64,000 bases of DNA from an uncultured Acidobacteriota bacterium (GCA_963732005.1 CAVSXT010000003.1:800218-864217); one strand, 5' to 3'; numbered from the stretch's first letter, positions 17,975 through 28,502 are shown. Notes: generated from the sequence alone by a model not told the origin. Program-made: numbers and translations.

Positions 17975-20570
17975 ATGTCCGCTCCTCGCCGTGTGCTCCT
18001 GCTGAGCCTGTCGCTGGCCCTGGCCGTGGTGTCCGTGATCCGGGTGCCGCCGGCTGCCGGCCGGCAGGCGCCGTCAGCGGCGACCCCGGAAGCCCCGGAA
18101 GGTACCGACCAGCAACAGCAGCCATCGTCCCCGTCGCCGGGTTCCCCTGCGCTCGCCACGACCGAGCCGCAGGCAGCCAACACCGGCAACGTGCCGGCCT
18201 CGGCCCCGGCGGTCAATCCGGCCTCGCCGCCGGGGACCGCCTTCGGCCAGCCGGCGCAAGGCTCGATCGGGCCGTCGCCGACCGGCACCGTGCCGTCGAG
18301 CTCGCCGGCGGCCACCCCGGGCGGCGGCCACCGGGTCAATCCGGTCACCGGCGCGCCTGCCGCCCCCGGCGGTGGCCGCAAGGGGCCGCCGCCCGGCGCC
18401 GGCGCCAACCGCATGGACTTCAACCTCAAGTTCCAGGACGGCGCCACCGCCGCCGGCAGCGCCGTGACCTTCGACTACAAGCGTGACGACTACGCGGTGC
18501 TGACCGGCAACGTCCAGGTCCATTACCAGGACCTCGACCTCACCGGCGACCACGTCGAGATCGACCTCACCTCCAAGCACGTGGTGGCGCAGGGCAACGT
18601 CATCCTGGACCAGGGGCCGAAACGCCTGACCGGCACGACGCTCAACTTCGACCTCGACACCAAGACCGGCAAGATGCTCGAGGCGACCGCCTACGTGGCG
18701 CCCGACTACTACTTCGCCGGGCGCCGAGGTCGACAAGGTCGGCGAGAACACTTACGAGGTGTACGACGGCCTGTTCACCTCCTGCACCCAGCCGAATCCC
18801 GACTGGAGCTTTCACATGGGCCGCGCCACCGTCGAGGTGGACGGCTACGCCCACATGCACAACGTCACCATGCGGGTGAAGTCGCTGCCGGTGTTCTACA
18901 CCCCGTGGATGCTCTACCCGGCGTTGAAGGACCGGGCCTCGGGCCTGCTGGTGCCGACCATCCATGCCTCGGGCAACCGCGGCGAGTCGCTGGACCTCGC
19001 CTACTTCCAGACCCTGGGGCAGAGCTACGACGACACCATCCACGTCGATCCCTACCTGCGTGGCTATCTCGGAGTGGGCGACGAGTTCCGCTATCACCCG
19101 ACCGAGGGGACCTGGGGCGACATCACCGGCTTCGCCGTCAAGGACCCCGCGGACAACGGCAAGCTGCGCTGGAAGATCGATGCCAACCACGACACCGAGG
19201 ACCTGCCCTTCGGCATGCGGATGGTCCTGCAGTACCAGAAGTACTCGGATCTCGACTACCTGCGCGATTTCGAGCGCGACTTCGACACCAGCTCGCTGCG
19301 CTTCGTCGAGAGCCGCGCCTTCATCACCGGCAACTGGGGCCCCAGCCTGCTCAACATCCTGCTCAACGACAACCAGATCCTGTTCAACACCGGGCTCACC
19401 ACCGGCCCCGAGCTGACGCTCGACGTGGAACAGAAAAAGCTACCCGAGATCGAGTACCAGCTGCGCTCGACCAAGCTCGGCCCGACGCCGTTCTACCTCG
19501 AGATGGACAACGTCCTGGACTATCTCGACATCATCCGCCCCGGCTCGTACTCCGGCGACTACGGCCGCATCGATCTGTTCCCGCAGATCACCCTGCCGGT
19601 CAACACCTTTTCCTGGCTCAACTTCTCGCTCACCGGCGGCTATCGCTACACCTACTATCAGCGCAGCCTCTCGACCTCCATGGAGCAGGTCGGCACGCCG
19701 CCGGTGCTGACCGAGGTGCAGACGTTCAACGACTCCAGCCTGCACCGCGCGCTGCCCTACGGCACCGCCCAGATCGTCGGCCCCTCGTTCTCCAAGATCT
19801 TCGAGAAGGAGATCGCCGACTTCGCCAAGTTCAAGCACGTCATCGAGCCGCGCATCACCTACACCTATTACGGCCCGTTCAGCGACTTCCGCCAGCTGGC
19901 GCTGCCGCAGTTCGACCAGATCGACGCGCCGCTGTCGACCAACAACGTGCAGGTGGCACTGGACAACCGGCTGCTGGGCAAGTCCGATCAGGAAAATGCC
20001 AGCGCCCGCGAGCTGGCGCTGTTCGAGATCTCGCGGATGTACAGCTTCGATCCCAATCTGCCGCTGGAGCTTTCGGAGGACCTCACCAAGCATTCGAGCG
20101 CCAGCCCCTGGGACGCCATGCTGCGCCTGCAACCCAGCGACAAGACCAGCCTCAAGGGCGAGGTGCAGTACAGCGGCCTGTTCCACCGCATCTCCGCCAC
20201 CTCGTTCTCGAGCGACATCTCGCTGCCCGGCAATCAGTCGGTCGGCCTCACCTGGTTCACCAACTACGTGCCCGACAACGGCATGGCGGTGAGCGATCAG
20301 ATCCGCGTCAACACCGCGCTCAACATCATCCCGCAGAAGCTCTCGATCCAGGCGCAGGTCGGCTGGGACGTGGTCAACCATCTGCTGGGGCAGCAGTACT
20401 ATGCGATCAACTGGTCGGAGCAGTGCTACGGCTTGCGCCTCGAGATCCGCAAGTTCGCGGCGTTGACCGGTCCGCGGCTGAGCGACACCGACATCCGTTT
20501 CTCGCTCAGCCTGAAGGGTATCGGCACCGTGCTCGACCTCAACAACCGCAGCACCCAGACGGTGCCTTGA
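17975..20570 (+). CDS. lptD: LPS-assembly protein LptD, split by an apparent +1 frameshift at about 18720
   Basis: Signal peptide and OstA-like N-domain in one frame; after removing one G from GGG 18719-18721 it reads YFAGAEVDKVGENTYEVYDGLFTSC..P.W, then R.SGLL.P and a beta-barrel to 20570. Confidence 0.8.
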
Positions 20571-20610
20571 GGCCGCCGTTGCGGCCGCGAGCCGGCGGGA
20601 GATCCCGATC

Positions 20611-21678
20611 ATGAAGGGCCTCATCCTGTCCGGAGGCAAGGGCACGCGGCTGCGGCCGCTCACCCACACCTCGGCCAAGCAGCTGGTGCCGGTGGCCAAC
20701 AAGCCGGTGCTGTTCTACGCCATCGAGTCGATCGTCGCTGCCGGCATCACCGACATCGGCATCATCGTCGGCGAGACCGGCAGCGAGATCCGCGCCGCGG
20801 TCGGGGACGGCGCGCGCTTCGGCTGCGCCGTCACCTACATCGAGCAGGACGCGCCGCGCGGGCTGGCGCACGCGGTGCTGATCGCCGAGCCGTTCCTGGG
20901 CGACTCGCCGTTCGTGATGTACCTGGGCGACAACCTGATCGCCGGCGGCATCACCGGCCTGGTCGAGGAGTTCCGCCGGCTGGCTTGCAACTCCGAGATC
21001 CTGCTCGCGGAGGTGCCGAACCCGCAGCAGTTCGGGGTCGCCGAGCTGACCGCCGACGGCAAAGTGCGGCGGCTGGTGGAGAAGCCGCGGGAGCCGCGCA
21101 GCAACCTTGCCCTGGTCGGCGTCTACATGTTCGACTCCTCGATCTTCGAGTCGGTGCGGCGGATCGCGCCGTCGGCGCGCGGCGAGCTCGAGATCACCGA
21201 CGCCATCCAGGACCTGATCGACCGCGGCCTCGCCGTGCACCCCCACCTGGTGCGCGGTTGGTGGAAGGACACCGGCAAGCTCGAGGACATGCTGGAAGCC
21301 AACCGCATCGTGCTCGAAGGGCTCGAGCCCCGGTCCGGCTCGGAGATCGGTGCCGGCAGCCGTCTCGAGGGCCGGGTGCAGGTGGGGACCAACGTCGAGA
21401 TCGTCGATTCGCTGGTGCGCGGCCCGGCGGTGATCGGCGACGGCGCGCGTCTCGAGAGCGCCTTCGTCGGTCCCTACACCTCGATCGGCGAGCGCTGCAC
21501 CCTGGTGTGCTGCGAGCTCGAGAACTCGATCGTCCTCGCCGACTCGACGATCCGGGACATCCCGCTGCGCATCGACGGCTCGCTGATCGGGCGCAACGTG
21601 CGCATCGTCAAGACCGATCAGAAGCCCAAGGCCTACCGCTTCATGGTCGGCGACAACTCCGAGGTGGGCATCACCTAG
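20611..21678 (+). CDS. rfbA: glucose-1-phosphate thymidylyltransferase (long form)
   Basis: GG.GTRLRPLT...KQL.PVANKP, LGDN, EKP and RGELEITD; hexapeptide tail. Confidence 0.92.
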   Translation: MKGLILSGGKGTRLRPLTHTSAKQLVPVANKPVLFYAIESIVAAGITDIGIIVGETGSEIRAAVGDGARFGCAVTYIEQDAPRGLAHAVLIAEPFLGDSPFVMYLGDNLIAGGITGLVEEFRRLACNSEILLAEVPNPQQFGVAELTADGKVRRLVEKPREPRSNLALVGVYMFDSSIFESVRRIAPSARGELEITDAIQDLIDRGLAVHPHLVRGWWKDTGKLEDMLEANRIVLEGLEPRSGSEIGAGSRLEGRVQVGTNVEIVDSLVRGPAVIGDGARLESAFVGPYTSIGERCTLVCCELENSIVLADSTIRDIPLRIDGSLIGRNVRIVKTDQKPKAYRFMVGDNSEVGIT

Positions 21679-21692
21679 TGTCACCGCCGGCG

Positions 21693-22571
21693 ATGCGGAC
21701 CTTGATCCTGGGGGGAACCGGCATGCTCGGCCGCGCGGTGCTGGCGGCGGCGCAGGAGCGCGGCTGGCCGGCCACGGCGCTGTCGCGCCAGCAGGCCGAC
21801 GTCGCCGACGAGGCGCGGCTCGACCACTGGTTCGGCGAGTTCCGCCCGGAGGTGGTGATCAACTGCGCCGCCATCACCCGGGTCGACGACTGCGAGGCGC
21901 AGCGGCCCCACGCCATGGCGGTCAACGGCGAGGCGGTGGGGTGCGTGGCGCGGGCGGCGGCGCGCGGCGGCGCGCGACTGTTGCAGGTGTCGACCGACTA
22001 CGTCTTCGCCGGCGAGCGGCGGCAGCAGCCCTACCGCGAGGACGACCCGACCGGTCCGCGCTCGGCCTACGGCCAGAGCAAGCTGCTGGGCGAGGAGCGG
22101 GCGCTGACCTACGACCGCAGCCTGGTGGTGCGCACCAGCTGGCTGTTCGGCGACGGCGGCCCCAACTTCGTCGCCGCCATCGCCGGCCAGATCGCGCGCG
22201 GCACGCGGCCATTGCGGGTCGTCGCCGACCAGCTCGGGGCTCCCACCTACACCCCGTTCCTGGCGCGGGCGCTGCTCGATCTGGCGCCGCTGGCGGCCAC
22301 CGGCGTGGTGCACTATCGCAACCGGGAGCCCGTCTCCTGGTACTCTTTTGCCGCCGAGATCGCACGCCGCTGGCCGGGACCGCAGGGTGAGGTGGAGGTG
22401 GTGCCGGTCACCACGGCAGAGTTTCCGCGTCCGGCGCCGCGGCCCGCCTACTCGGTGCTGGCGGTGGAACGCTGCGAGGCCCTGCTCGGGCGCGCGGTGG
22501 AGAGCTGGGAGCCGGGGTTGGAGGAGTATCTGTCGCAGCTCGTGGAGTTGCGGAATGGGAGGAGTCGATGA
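21693..22571 (+). CDS. rfbD: dTDP-4-dehydrorhamnose reductase
   Basis: GGTGMLG, STDYVF, YGQSKL.GE, DQ.G.PT and PAPRP.YS. Confidence 0.92.
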   Translation: MRTLILGGTGMLGRAVLAAAQERGWPATALSRQQADVADEARLDHWFGEFRPEVVINCAAITRVDDCEAQRPHAMAVNGEAVGCVARAAARGGARLLQVSTDYVFAGERRQQPYREDDPTGPRSAYGQSKLLGEERALTYDRSLVVRTSWLFGDGGPNFVAAIAGQIARGTRPLRVVADQLGAPTYTPFLARALLDLAPLAATGVVHYRNREPVSWYSFAAEIARRWPGPQGEVEVVPVTTAEFPRPAPRPAYSVLAVERCEALLGRAVESWEPGLEEYLSQLVELRNGRSR

Positions 22572-23623
22572 GGGCTTTGATCACCGGAATCACCGGCTTC
22601 GCCGGCTCACACCTGGCGGAGTACCTGCTTGCCGAGCACCCCGACGTGGAGGTGGCCGGCACCTACCGCTGGCGCAGCCGCATGGACAACATCGAGCACC
22701 TGCGCGACCGGATCCAGCTCGTCGAGACCGACCTGCGCGACTTCACCTCGGTGCATGCGGCGCTGGAGCGCACCCGTCCCGACTATCTCTTCCACCTGGC
22801 GGCGCAGAGCTTCGTGCCGGCGAGCTGGTCGGCGCCCAGCGAGACGCTGATCACCAACATCACCGGCCAGACCAACCTCTTTGAGGCGATCCGCGCGTTG
22901 CGCCTGGACCCGGTGGTGCAGATCGCCTGCTCGAGCGAGCAGTACGGCCTGGTGCTGCCGGACGAGACGCCGATCAAGGAAACCAATCCGCTGCGGCCGC
23001 TGTCGTCCTACGCCGTGTCCAAGGTGGCGCAGGACCTGCTCGGCTACCAATATTTCCAGAGCTACGGCCTGAAGGTGATCCGCACCCGCGGCTTCAACCA
23101 TACCGGGCCGCGGCGCGGCCAGGTCTTCGTCACCTCCAACTTCTGCAGCCAGGTGGCGGCCATCGAGCTCGGCCTGCAGGAGCCGGTGATCCGGGTCGGC
23201 AATCTCGACGCCATCCGCGATTTCACCGACGTGCGCGACATGGTGCGCGCCTACTGGCTGGCGGTGACGCGCGCCACCCCCGGCGAGGTCTACAACATCG
23301 CCACCGGCACCGGCATCCGCATCCGCGAGGTGCTCGACCGCCTGCTGGCGCTGACCCCGGCCAAGGTCACGGTCGAGATCGATCCCGAGCGCCTGCGTCC
23401 GTCGGACGTCGAGATCCTGATCGGCGACAGCTCGAAGTTCCGCGCCGACACCGGCTGGGAGCCGCGCATCCCCTTCGAGCAGACCCTGGCCGACCTGCTC
23501 GCCTACTGGCGCCAGACCCTGGCGGCGCGGCAGGGCCGGCTGGCCGCGGTGTCGCGAGCGAGCGCCGCGCCCGAGCCGGCGGCGCACGGGGTGCCGGCGC
23601 CGCTGCCCACGGCGGGTGCCTGA
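22568..23623 (+). CDS. GDP-mannose 4,6-dehydratase-like extended SDR
   Basis: LITGITGFAGSHLAE, HLAAQSFV, YAVSK, FNHTGPRRG.FVTS and RDF. Confidence 0.8.
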   Translation: MRALITGITGFAGSHLAEYLLAEHPDVEVAGTYRWRSRMDNIEHLRDRIQLVETDLRDFTSVHAALERTRPDYLFHLAAQSFVPASWSAPSETLITNITGQTNLFEAIRALRLDPVVQIACSSEQYGLVLPDETPIKETNPLRPLSSYAVSKVAQDLLGYQYFQSYGLKVIRTRGFNHTGPRRGQVFVTSNFCSQVAAIELGLQEPVIRVGNLDAIRDFTDVRDMVRAYWLAVTRATPGEVYNIATGTGIRIREVLDRLLALTPAKVTVEIDPERLRPSDVEILIGDSSKFRADTGWEPRIPFEQTLADLLAYWRQTLAARQGRLAAVSRASAAPEPAAHGVPAPLPTAGA

Positions 23624-23631
23624 CACCGGCC

Positions 23632-24561
23632 ATGCGCCTGCTCGTCACCGGCGTCGGCGGCTTCGTCGGCACGCGTCTCGCGCGCCGGCTGCTGGCCTGC
23701 GGCGAGCAGGTGAGCGGCACCGCTTTCGGGGCGGCGCCGCTGATCGACGGCGTGCCGCTGCGCGAGGTCGACCTGCTGGACGCGGCGGCCGTCGCCGCGG
23801 CGGTGAGGGCGGCAGCTCCCGACGTGGTGGTGCACCTGGCCGGACTGTCGCACGTCGGCGACTCGTGGAAACACATGGCCGAGTACTTCCGGGTCAACGT
23901 GCTGGGCACCGAGAACCTGCTGGCGGCGGCCAGGGCGGCGGCCGTCGAGCGGGTGGTGGTGGCCTCGTCGGCCGAGGTCTACGGCCTGGTGCCGGAGGCC
24001 GAGCAGCCGATCGACGAGCGGCGTGAGCTCAGCCCGCACACTCCCTACGCCCTGACCAAGGCGGCGGCGGAGCGGTTGGCGCTGGCGCAGGGCGCGGTGG
24101 TGGTGCGCTCCTTCAACCTGGTGGGGCCCGGCCAGTCGGCGCGCTTCGCGCTGCCGACGTTCGCCGCGCAGCTGGCGGCGATCGCCCGCGGCGAGCTCGA
24201 CAACGTCCTGAAGGTCGGCAACCTCTCGGCGCGGCGCGACTTCCTGCACGTCGACGACGGCGTCGACGCCTACCGGCTGATCGCCGAGCATGGGCGCCCG
24301 GGCGAGATCTACAACGTGGCGAGCGGCAACGCCGTCTCGATCGGCGAGGCGCTCGACCGCCTGATGGCGATCTCCAGGGTGCGGGCGAGCGTCGAGGTCG
24401 ATCCGGCGCGCGTGCGGGAGGTCGACCTGCCGCTGCTGCTCGGCGACGCCCGGCGGTTGCGCGGCCTGGGATGGGAGCCGCGCCGCAGGCTCGACGACGC
24501 GCTGGCCGAGCTCTGGGCGGAGGCGAGCGGTGGCAGCAGCGCGGCGGGGGTCTCGGTATGA
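23632..24561 (+). CDS. NDP-sugar reductase/epimerase (Rmd-like SDR)
   Basis: TGVGGFVG, HLAGLSHV, SSAEVYG, YALTK and FNLVGPGQ. Confidence 0.75.
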   Translation: MRLLVTGVGGFVGTRLARRLLACGEQVSGTAFGAAPLIDGVPLREVDLLDAAAVAAAVRAAAPDVVVHLAGLSHVGDSWKHMAEYFRVNVLGTENLLAAARAAAVERVVVASSAEVYGLVPEAEQPIDERRELSPHTPYALTKAAAERLALAQGAVVVRSFNLVGPGQSARFALPTFAAQLAAIARGELDNVLKVGNLSARRDFLHVDDGVDAYRLIAEHGRPGEIYNVASGNAVSIGEALDRLMAISRVRASVEVDPARVREVDLPLLLGDARRLRGLGWEPRRRLDDALAELWAEASGGSSAAGVSV

Positions 24562-25595
24562 GAGTGCTGGTGACCGGAGCCACGGGTTTTCTGGGCCGGC
24601 GCCTGGTCGAGGAGCTGGCGCCGCGCCACGACCTGCGGGTGCTGGTCCGCCCCGCCGCCGCCGGCACCACCGCTGACATCGCGGCCGGCGCCCGCCGCGG
24701 CGCCTTCCCGGCGGGTGTCGAGGTGGTGCCCGGCGACGTCACCGATGGTGCGGGGTTGCGGCAGGCGGCCGCCGGCTGCGAAGCGGTGGTCCACGCCGCG
24801 GCGCTGGTCAAGATCCTGGCGCCGGCGGCTGAGTTCGAGCGCGTCAACGTCGGCGGCCTCGAGAACGTGCTCGCGGCTGCCGCGGCCGTGGGCGCCGCCA
24901 AGGTGGTCTACGTCTCGAGCTTCATGGCCCTGGGGCCGAGCGAGGGCGGGCCCGGCGGGGTGCTGGACGAAGCGGCGGCCGGAGGCGGCGAAGCCAGGGT
25001 CTGGATCAACGCCTACGAGCGCACCAAGGCGCTGGCCGACCGGCTGGCGCGGCAGGCCATCGCCGCCGGCCAGCCGCTGGTGGTGGTCTACCCCGGCGTG
25101 ATCTATGGGCCGGGTGAGATGACCGAGGGCAACCTGGTGGTGCGCCACGTCCTCGATCTGGTGCACCGCCGCCTGCCGGCGTTGCTCGGGACGCCCGGGC
25201 GCCGGTGGTGCTACGTCTTCGTCGACGACGTGGCCCGCGGCATCGGCCAGGCGCTGGCCGGCGCCAAGTCCGGCAGCCGCTATGTCCTGGGGGGCGAGAA
25301 CGTCGCGCTGGGCGACTTCTACGCCATGGTCGAGGAGCTCTCGGGAGTGCCGGTGCCGCGGCGCCGCCTGCCGGACGGTCTGGCCAAGGCGATCGGCGCG
25401 GCGCAGAAGGGGTGGGCGCGGTTGCGTGGCACCACGCCGGCGCTGACGCCGGACCTGGTCGAGGTGTACCGCCACGATTGGGCCTACAGCTCGGCGCGGG
25501 CGGCCGCGGAGCTGGGCTACACCTTCCGGCCGTTGCGCGAGGGGCTGACCGCCACGCTCGCCTGGCTGCGCGAGACGGGACAGTGGCGCCCCTGA
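24558..25595 (+). CDS. extended SDR resembling farnesol dehydrogenase/HpnA
   Basis: TGATGFLG, HAAALV, VNVGGL.NVL, SSFMALG, YERTK, YPGVIYGPG, HDWAYSS..A..ELGY..R.L.EGL; recalled similarity to plant FLDH. Confidence 0.75.
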   Translation: MRVLVTGATGFLGRRLVEELAPRHDLRVLVRPAAAGTTADIAAGARRGAFPAGVEVVPGDVTDGAGLRQAAAGCEAVVHAAALVKILAPAAEFERVNVGGLENVLAAAAAVGAAKVVYVSSFMALGPSEGGPGGVLDEAAAGGGEARVWINAYERTKALADRLARQAIAAGQPLVVVYPGVIYGPGEMTEGNLVVRHVLDLVHRRLPALLGTPGRRWCYVFVDDVARGIGQALAGAKSGSRYVLGGENVALGDFYAMVEELSGVPVPRRRLPDGLAKAIGAAQKGWARLRGTTPALTPDLVEVYRHDWAYSSARAAAELGYTFRPLREGLTATLAWLRETGQWRP

Positions 25596-26965
25596 CGCCG
25601 CCGGCGCCCCCGCCGCCCGACGCGCCCGGCCTGGCCCGCCACGAGGCGCTGCGCAAGGCGACCCATATCGGGATGGGGCTGATCGCCTTCAGCCTGCGCT
25701 TGCTGGGGCCGTTCTGGTCGGCGCTGCTGGCGGCCGCGGCGCTGCTCAACAACCTCTTCGTGCTGCACCGCATCGGCGGCAAGCGCCTGTGGCGCGATGC
25801 CGAGCACCAGGCGGGAGGGGCGCTGGGCATCGTGCTCTACCCGCTCACCGTGCTGCTGCTGATCCTGGTCTTCTACCGGCGCCTGGAGGTGGCGGCCGCG
25901 GCCTGGGGCATCCTGGCTTTCGGCGACGGCATGGCGACCGTTTTCGGCATGACCTGGGGCCGCCGCAAGCTGCCCTGGAACCCGGCGAAGAGCTGGGCGG
26001 GCAGCGCCGCCTACGTGGCCTTCGGCACCCTGGCGGCCGCGGCGCTGCTGACCTGGACGGCGCCGGAGCGGCGCTACAGCTGGGCGTTCGCGCTGGTGGC
26101 GGGGGGCGCGGCGGCGCTGCTGGCGGCGGCGCTCGAGTCGGTGCCGCAGGGGCTCGACGACAACCTCGGAGTGCCGCTGGTCGCCGGCATCTTCCTCTTC
26201 GGCATGGCGCTGACCCACGGCCAGTGGCCGGCGTTCCTCGGCTGGCCGTTCGCCGATCGCCTGCTGCTCGGGGCGGCGATCAACGCCGTGCTGGCCGGCG
26301 GCGCCTGGGCGGCGCGCACCGTCGACCTCTCGGGGGTCGCCGCCGGCTGGCTGGTGGGCACCGCCATCTACGGCTTCCTCGACTGGCGCGGCTGGCTGCT
26401 GCTGGTGGCCTTCTTCGTCATCGGCAGCGCCTGCACCAAGCTCGGCTACCGGCGCAAGGCGGCCGCCAACCTGGCGCAGGAGCGGGGCGGCCGCCGCGGC
26501 GCGCGCCACGCCCTGGCCAACGCCGGGGTGGCGGTGGCCTGCGCGGTCTTCGCGGCGCTGACTCTCTACCCGGCGCTGTTCGCGGTCGCCTTCGCCGCCG
26601 CCTTCGCCACCGCCGCCGCCGACACCGCGTCGAGCGAGATCGGTCAGCTCGTCGGGCGGCGCACGTTCCTCATCACCACCCTGCGCCCGGTGCCGCGCGG
26701 CACCGAAGGGGCGGTATCACTCGAAGGCACGCTGGCCGGGATCGCCGCCGCCGCGGCGGTGGGGGCGCTGGGGGCGAGCCTGGGGCTCTACCCCTGGGCC
26801 TGCCTGCTGCCGGTGATCGGCGCCGCCTTCGTCGGCACCACCTTCGAGAGCGTGGTGGGAGCGACCCTCGAGCGGCGCCGGCTGCTCGACAACGAGGCGC
26901 TCAACTTCCTCAACACCCTGGTCGGCGCGCTGGCCGGTGCCGCGCTGGCGGCCCTGGCGCTGTAG
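25583..26965 (+). CDS. fused phytol/dolichol-type kinase (CTP_transf_1) + DUF92 membrane protein
   Basis: N-half: EALRKATH, GDGMA..FG..WG, KSWAGS, LES...GLDDNL. C-half DUF92: T..GY..K, ERGG.RG..HALAN, ADT.SSEIG, VPRGTEGAVSLEGT, ES.VGA, NEALNFLNT. Confidence 0.8.
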   Translation: MAPLTPPAPPPPDAPGLARHEALRKATHIGMGLIAFSLRLLGPFWSALLAAAALLNNLFVLHRIGGKRLWRDAEHQAGGALGIVLYPLTVLLLILVFYRRLEVAAAAWGILAFGDGMATVFGMTWGRRKLPWNPAKSWAGSAAYVAFGTLAAAALLTWTAPERRYSWAFALVAGGAAALLAAALESVPQGLDDNLGVPLVAGIFLFGMALTHGQWPAFLGWPFADRLLLGAAINAVLAGGAWAARTVDLSGVAAGWLVGTAIYGFLDWRGWLLLVAFFVIGSACTKLGYRRKAAANLAQERGGRRGARHALANAGVAVACAVFAALTLYPALFAVAFAAAFATAAADTASSEIGQLVGRRTFLITTLRPVPRGTEGAVSLEGTLAGIAAAAAVGALGASLGLYPWACLLPVIGAAFVGTTFESVVGATLERRRLLDNEALNFLNTLVGALAGAALAALAL

Positions 26966-26969
26966 CGAC

Positions 26970-28010
26970 ATGGAACCGGCGAACCCTGCGGCCGGGGCGG
27001 TGGCGGCCTCGCTCCCCGCGGCGACCAGCAAGCCGCGGCTCTACGCGGCGCTCTCCCGCCCGTTCACCCTCCTGCCGCCGCTGCTCGGTATCGTCTCGGG
27101 CTCGGTCTGCGCCTTCGGCTCGGCCCACGATCCCGATCCGGCGCGCCGCCTCACCCTGGCGGTGGCGGCGACCGTCGTGCTCGGCTCGCTCTGCGCCAGC
27201 CTGATGAACGCGGCCTCGAACGCCATCAACCAGATCTACGACCTCGAGATCGACCGGCTCAACAAGCCCAACCGGCCGCTGGTGACCGGCGCCCTGAGCC
27301 GCCGCGAGGCCTGGCGCTTCAGCTGGCTGCTCTATGCCCTGGCGCTGATCCCCACCTGGCTGGTGGTGCCGCACCCCTACGACAGCCTGGGCGCGAAGCT
27401 CGCAGCGCCCGTCGCCCGCCACGAGACCTTCTTCATCTATCTCGCCGGGCTGCTGTTCACCTTCGTTTACTCGGCGCCCGGGCTGGGCCGCACCAAGGTG
27501 CGGGGAATGGCCGCCAACTTCACCATCGCCGTGCCGCGCGGAGTACTGCTCAAGGTTGCCGGCTGGGCGATGGTGGCGCGGATCGGCTACGTCGAACCAT
27601 GGTACCTGGGGGGCATCTTCGGCCTTTTCCTGATCGGCGCCTCCTCGACCAAGGACTTCGCCGACATCGCCGGCGACCGTGCCGGCGGCTGCAAGACCCT
27701 GCCGATCCTGCATGGCGTGCGCAAGGCCGCCTGGATCATCAGCCCCTTCTTCGTCCTCCCCTGGCTGCTCCTGCCGCTGGGAGCCAGGCTGCGCGATCCG
27801 CAGGACCCTACCCATGCCGTCCTCACCGGCAACCCCACGCTGCTGAGCCTCCTCGGCGTGCTGCTGACCGCCTGGGGGGCCTATACCGTCTACCTCCTGG
27901 TGCGCGACCCTGCCTCGCTCGCCGAGACCGAGAACCATCCCTCCTGGCGCCATATGTACCTGATGATGATGGCGGCGCAGGTAGGCTTCGCGCTGGCCTA
28001 CATCTTTTGA
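26970..28010 (+). CDS. UbiA-family prenyltransferase (chlorophyll-synthase/DGGGPS-like)
   Basis: SRPFTLLPP, NAINQIYDLEIDRLNKPNRPLVTG, YSAP and KDFADIAGDRAGGCKTLP; multi-TM. Confidence 0.88.
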   Translation: MEPANPAAGAVAASLPAATSKPRLYAALSRPFTLLPPLLGIVSGSVCAFGSAHDPDPARRLTLAVAATVVLGSLCASLMNAASNAINQIYDLEIDRLNKPNRPLVTGALSRREAWRFSWLLYALALIPTWLVVPHPYDSLGAKLAAPVARHETFFIYLAGLLFTFVYSAPGLGRTKVRGMAANFTIAVPRGVLLKVAGWAMVARIGYVEPWYLGGIFGLFLIGASSTKDFADIAGDRAGGCKTLPILHGVRKAAWIISPFFVLPWLLLPLGARLRDPQDPTHAVLTGNPTLLSLLGVLLTAWGAYTVYLLVRDPASLAETENHPSWRHMYLMMMAAQVGFALAYIF

Positions 28011-28022
28011 TTTCGGCGGGCT

Positions 28023-28502
28023 CTATTCCGGGCCGGAGTCGAAGCGGGCCGCCGCCTCCATGACCTGCGATCCCGGGGGCACGATGGCCAGGCACTCGAC
28101 CCCTTCCGTTTGCGCCGCGCGCACCAGGGCGACGTCGAAAGCCGAGAAAAGCACCTCTCCGGGTGAAGCGATGTCGCGCAGCCCGCATACCGCCGCCAGG
28201 TGGACGGCGTCGAAGCCGCGCAGGAGGTGACGGACCGCCAGCCGGCCCGCCCGCTGCTCGTCGATGTCGAGCCGCAGGCAGCCGCGCCAGGAGGTTTCGA
28301 AGTCCTCGCGCACGATCTCGAAAGACGTGTCGTCGAGGTCGCCCCGGTGCGCCCGGCGGGCGAGCGCGCTGAGCGTTTCTGGAAATGCCACGCGCGACGA
28401 GGCCGTAGCCTCCGCCGCGCCAACCCACTCCCGAACCAGGTCGCTGTGCTCCTCCTCGATGTGGAGCTTGACCAGGCTGCTGGTGTCCAGGTAGAGGATC
28501 AT
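28023..28502 (-). CDS. vapC: VapC-family PIN toxin
   Basis: ILYLDTSSLVKL, E..SAL, LRGFDAVHLA and FSAFD. Confidence 0.88.
   Translation of the reverse strand: MILYLDTSSLVKLHIEEEHSDLVREWVGAAEATASSRVAFPETLSALARRAHRGDLDDTSFEIVREDFETSWRGCLRLDIDEQRAGRLAVRHLLRGFDAVHLAAVCGLRDIASPGEVLFSAFDVALVRAAQTEGVECLAIVPPGSQVMEAAARFDSGPE

Noticed and set aside
18722-20614. C-terminal 630 aa of the 879-aa ORF 17975-20614
   Set aside because: Out-of-frame read-through after the lptD frameshift; the real sequence continues in the 18759-20570 frame.
26970-28010. UbiA as evidence of chlorophyll synthesis or archaeal-type ether lipids
   Set aside because: No bch/chl genes and no GGGP synthase in the window; the acceptor cannot be assigned from motifs alone.
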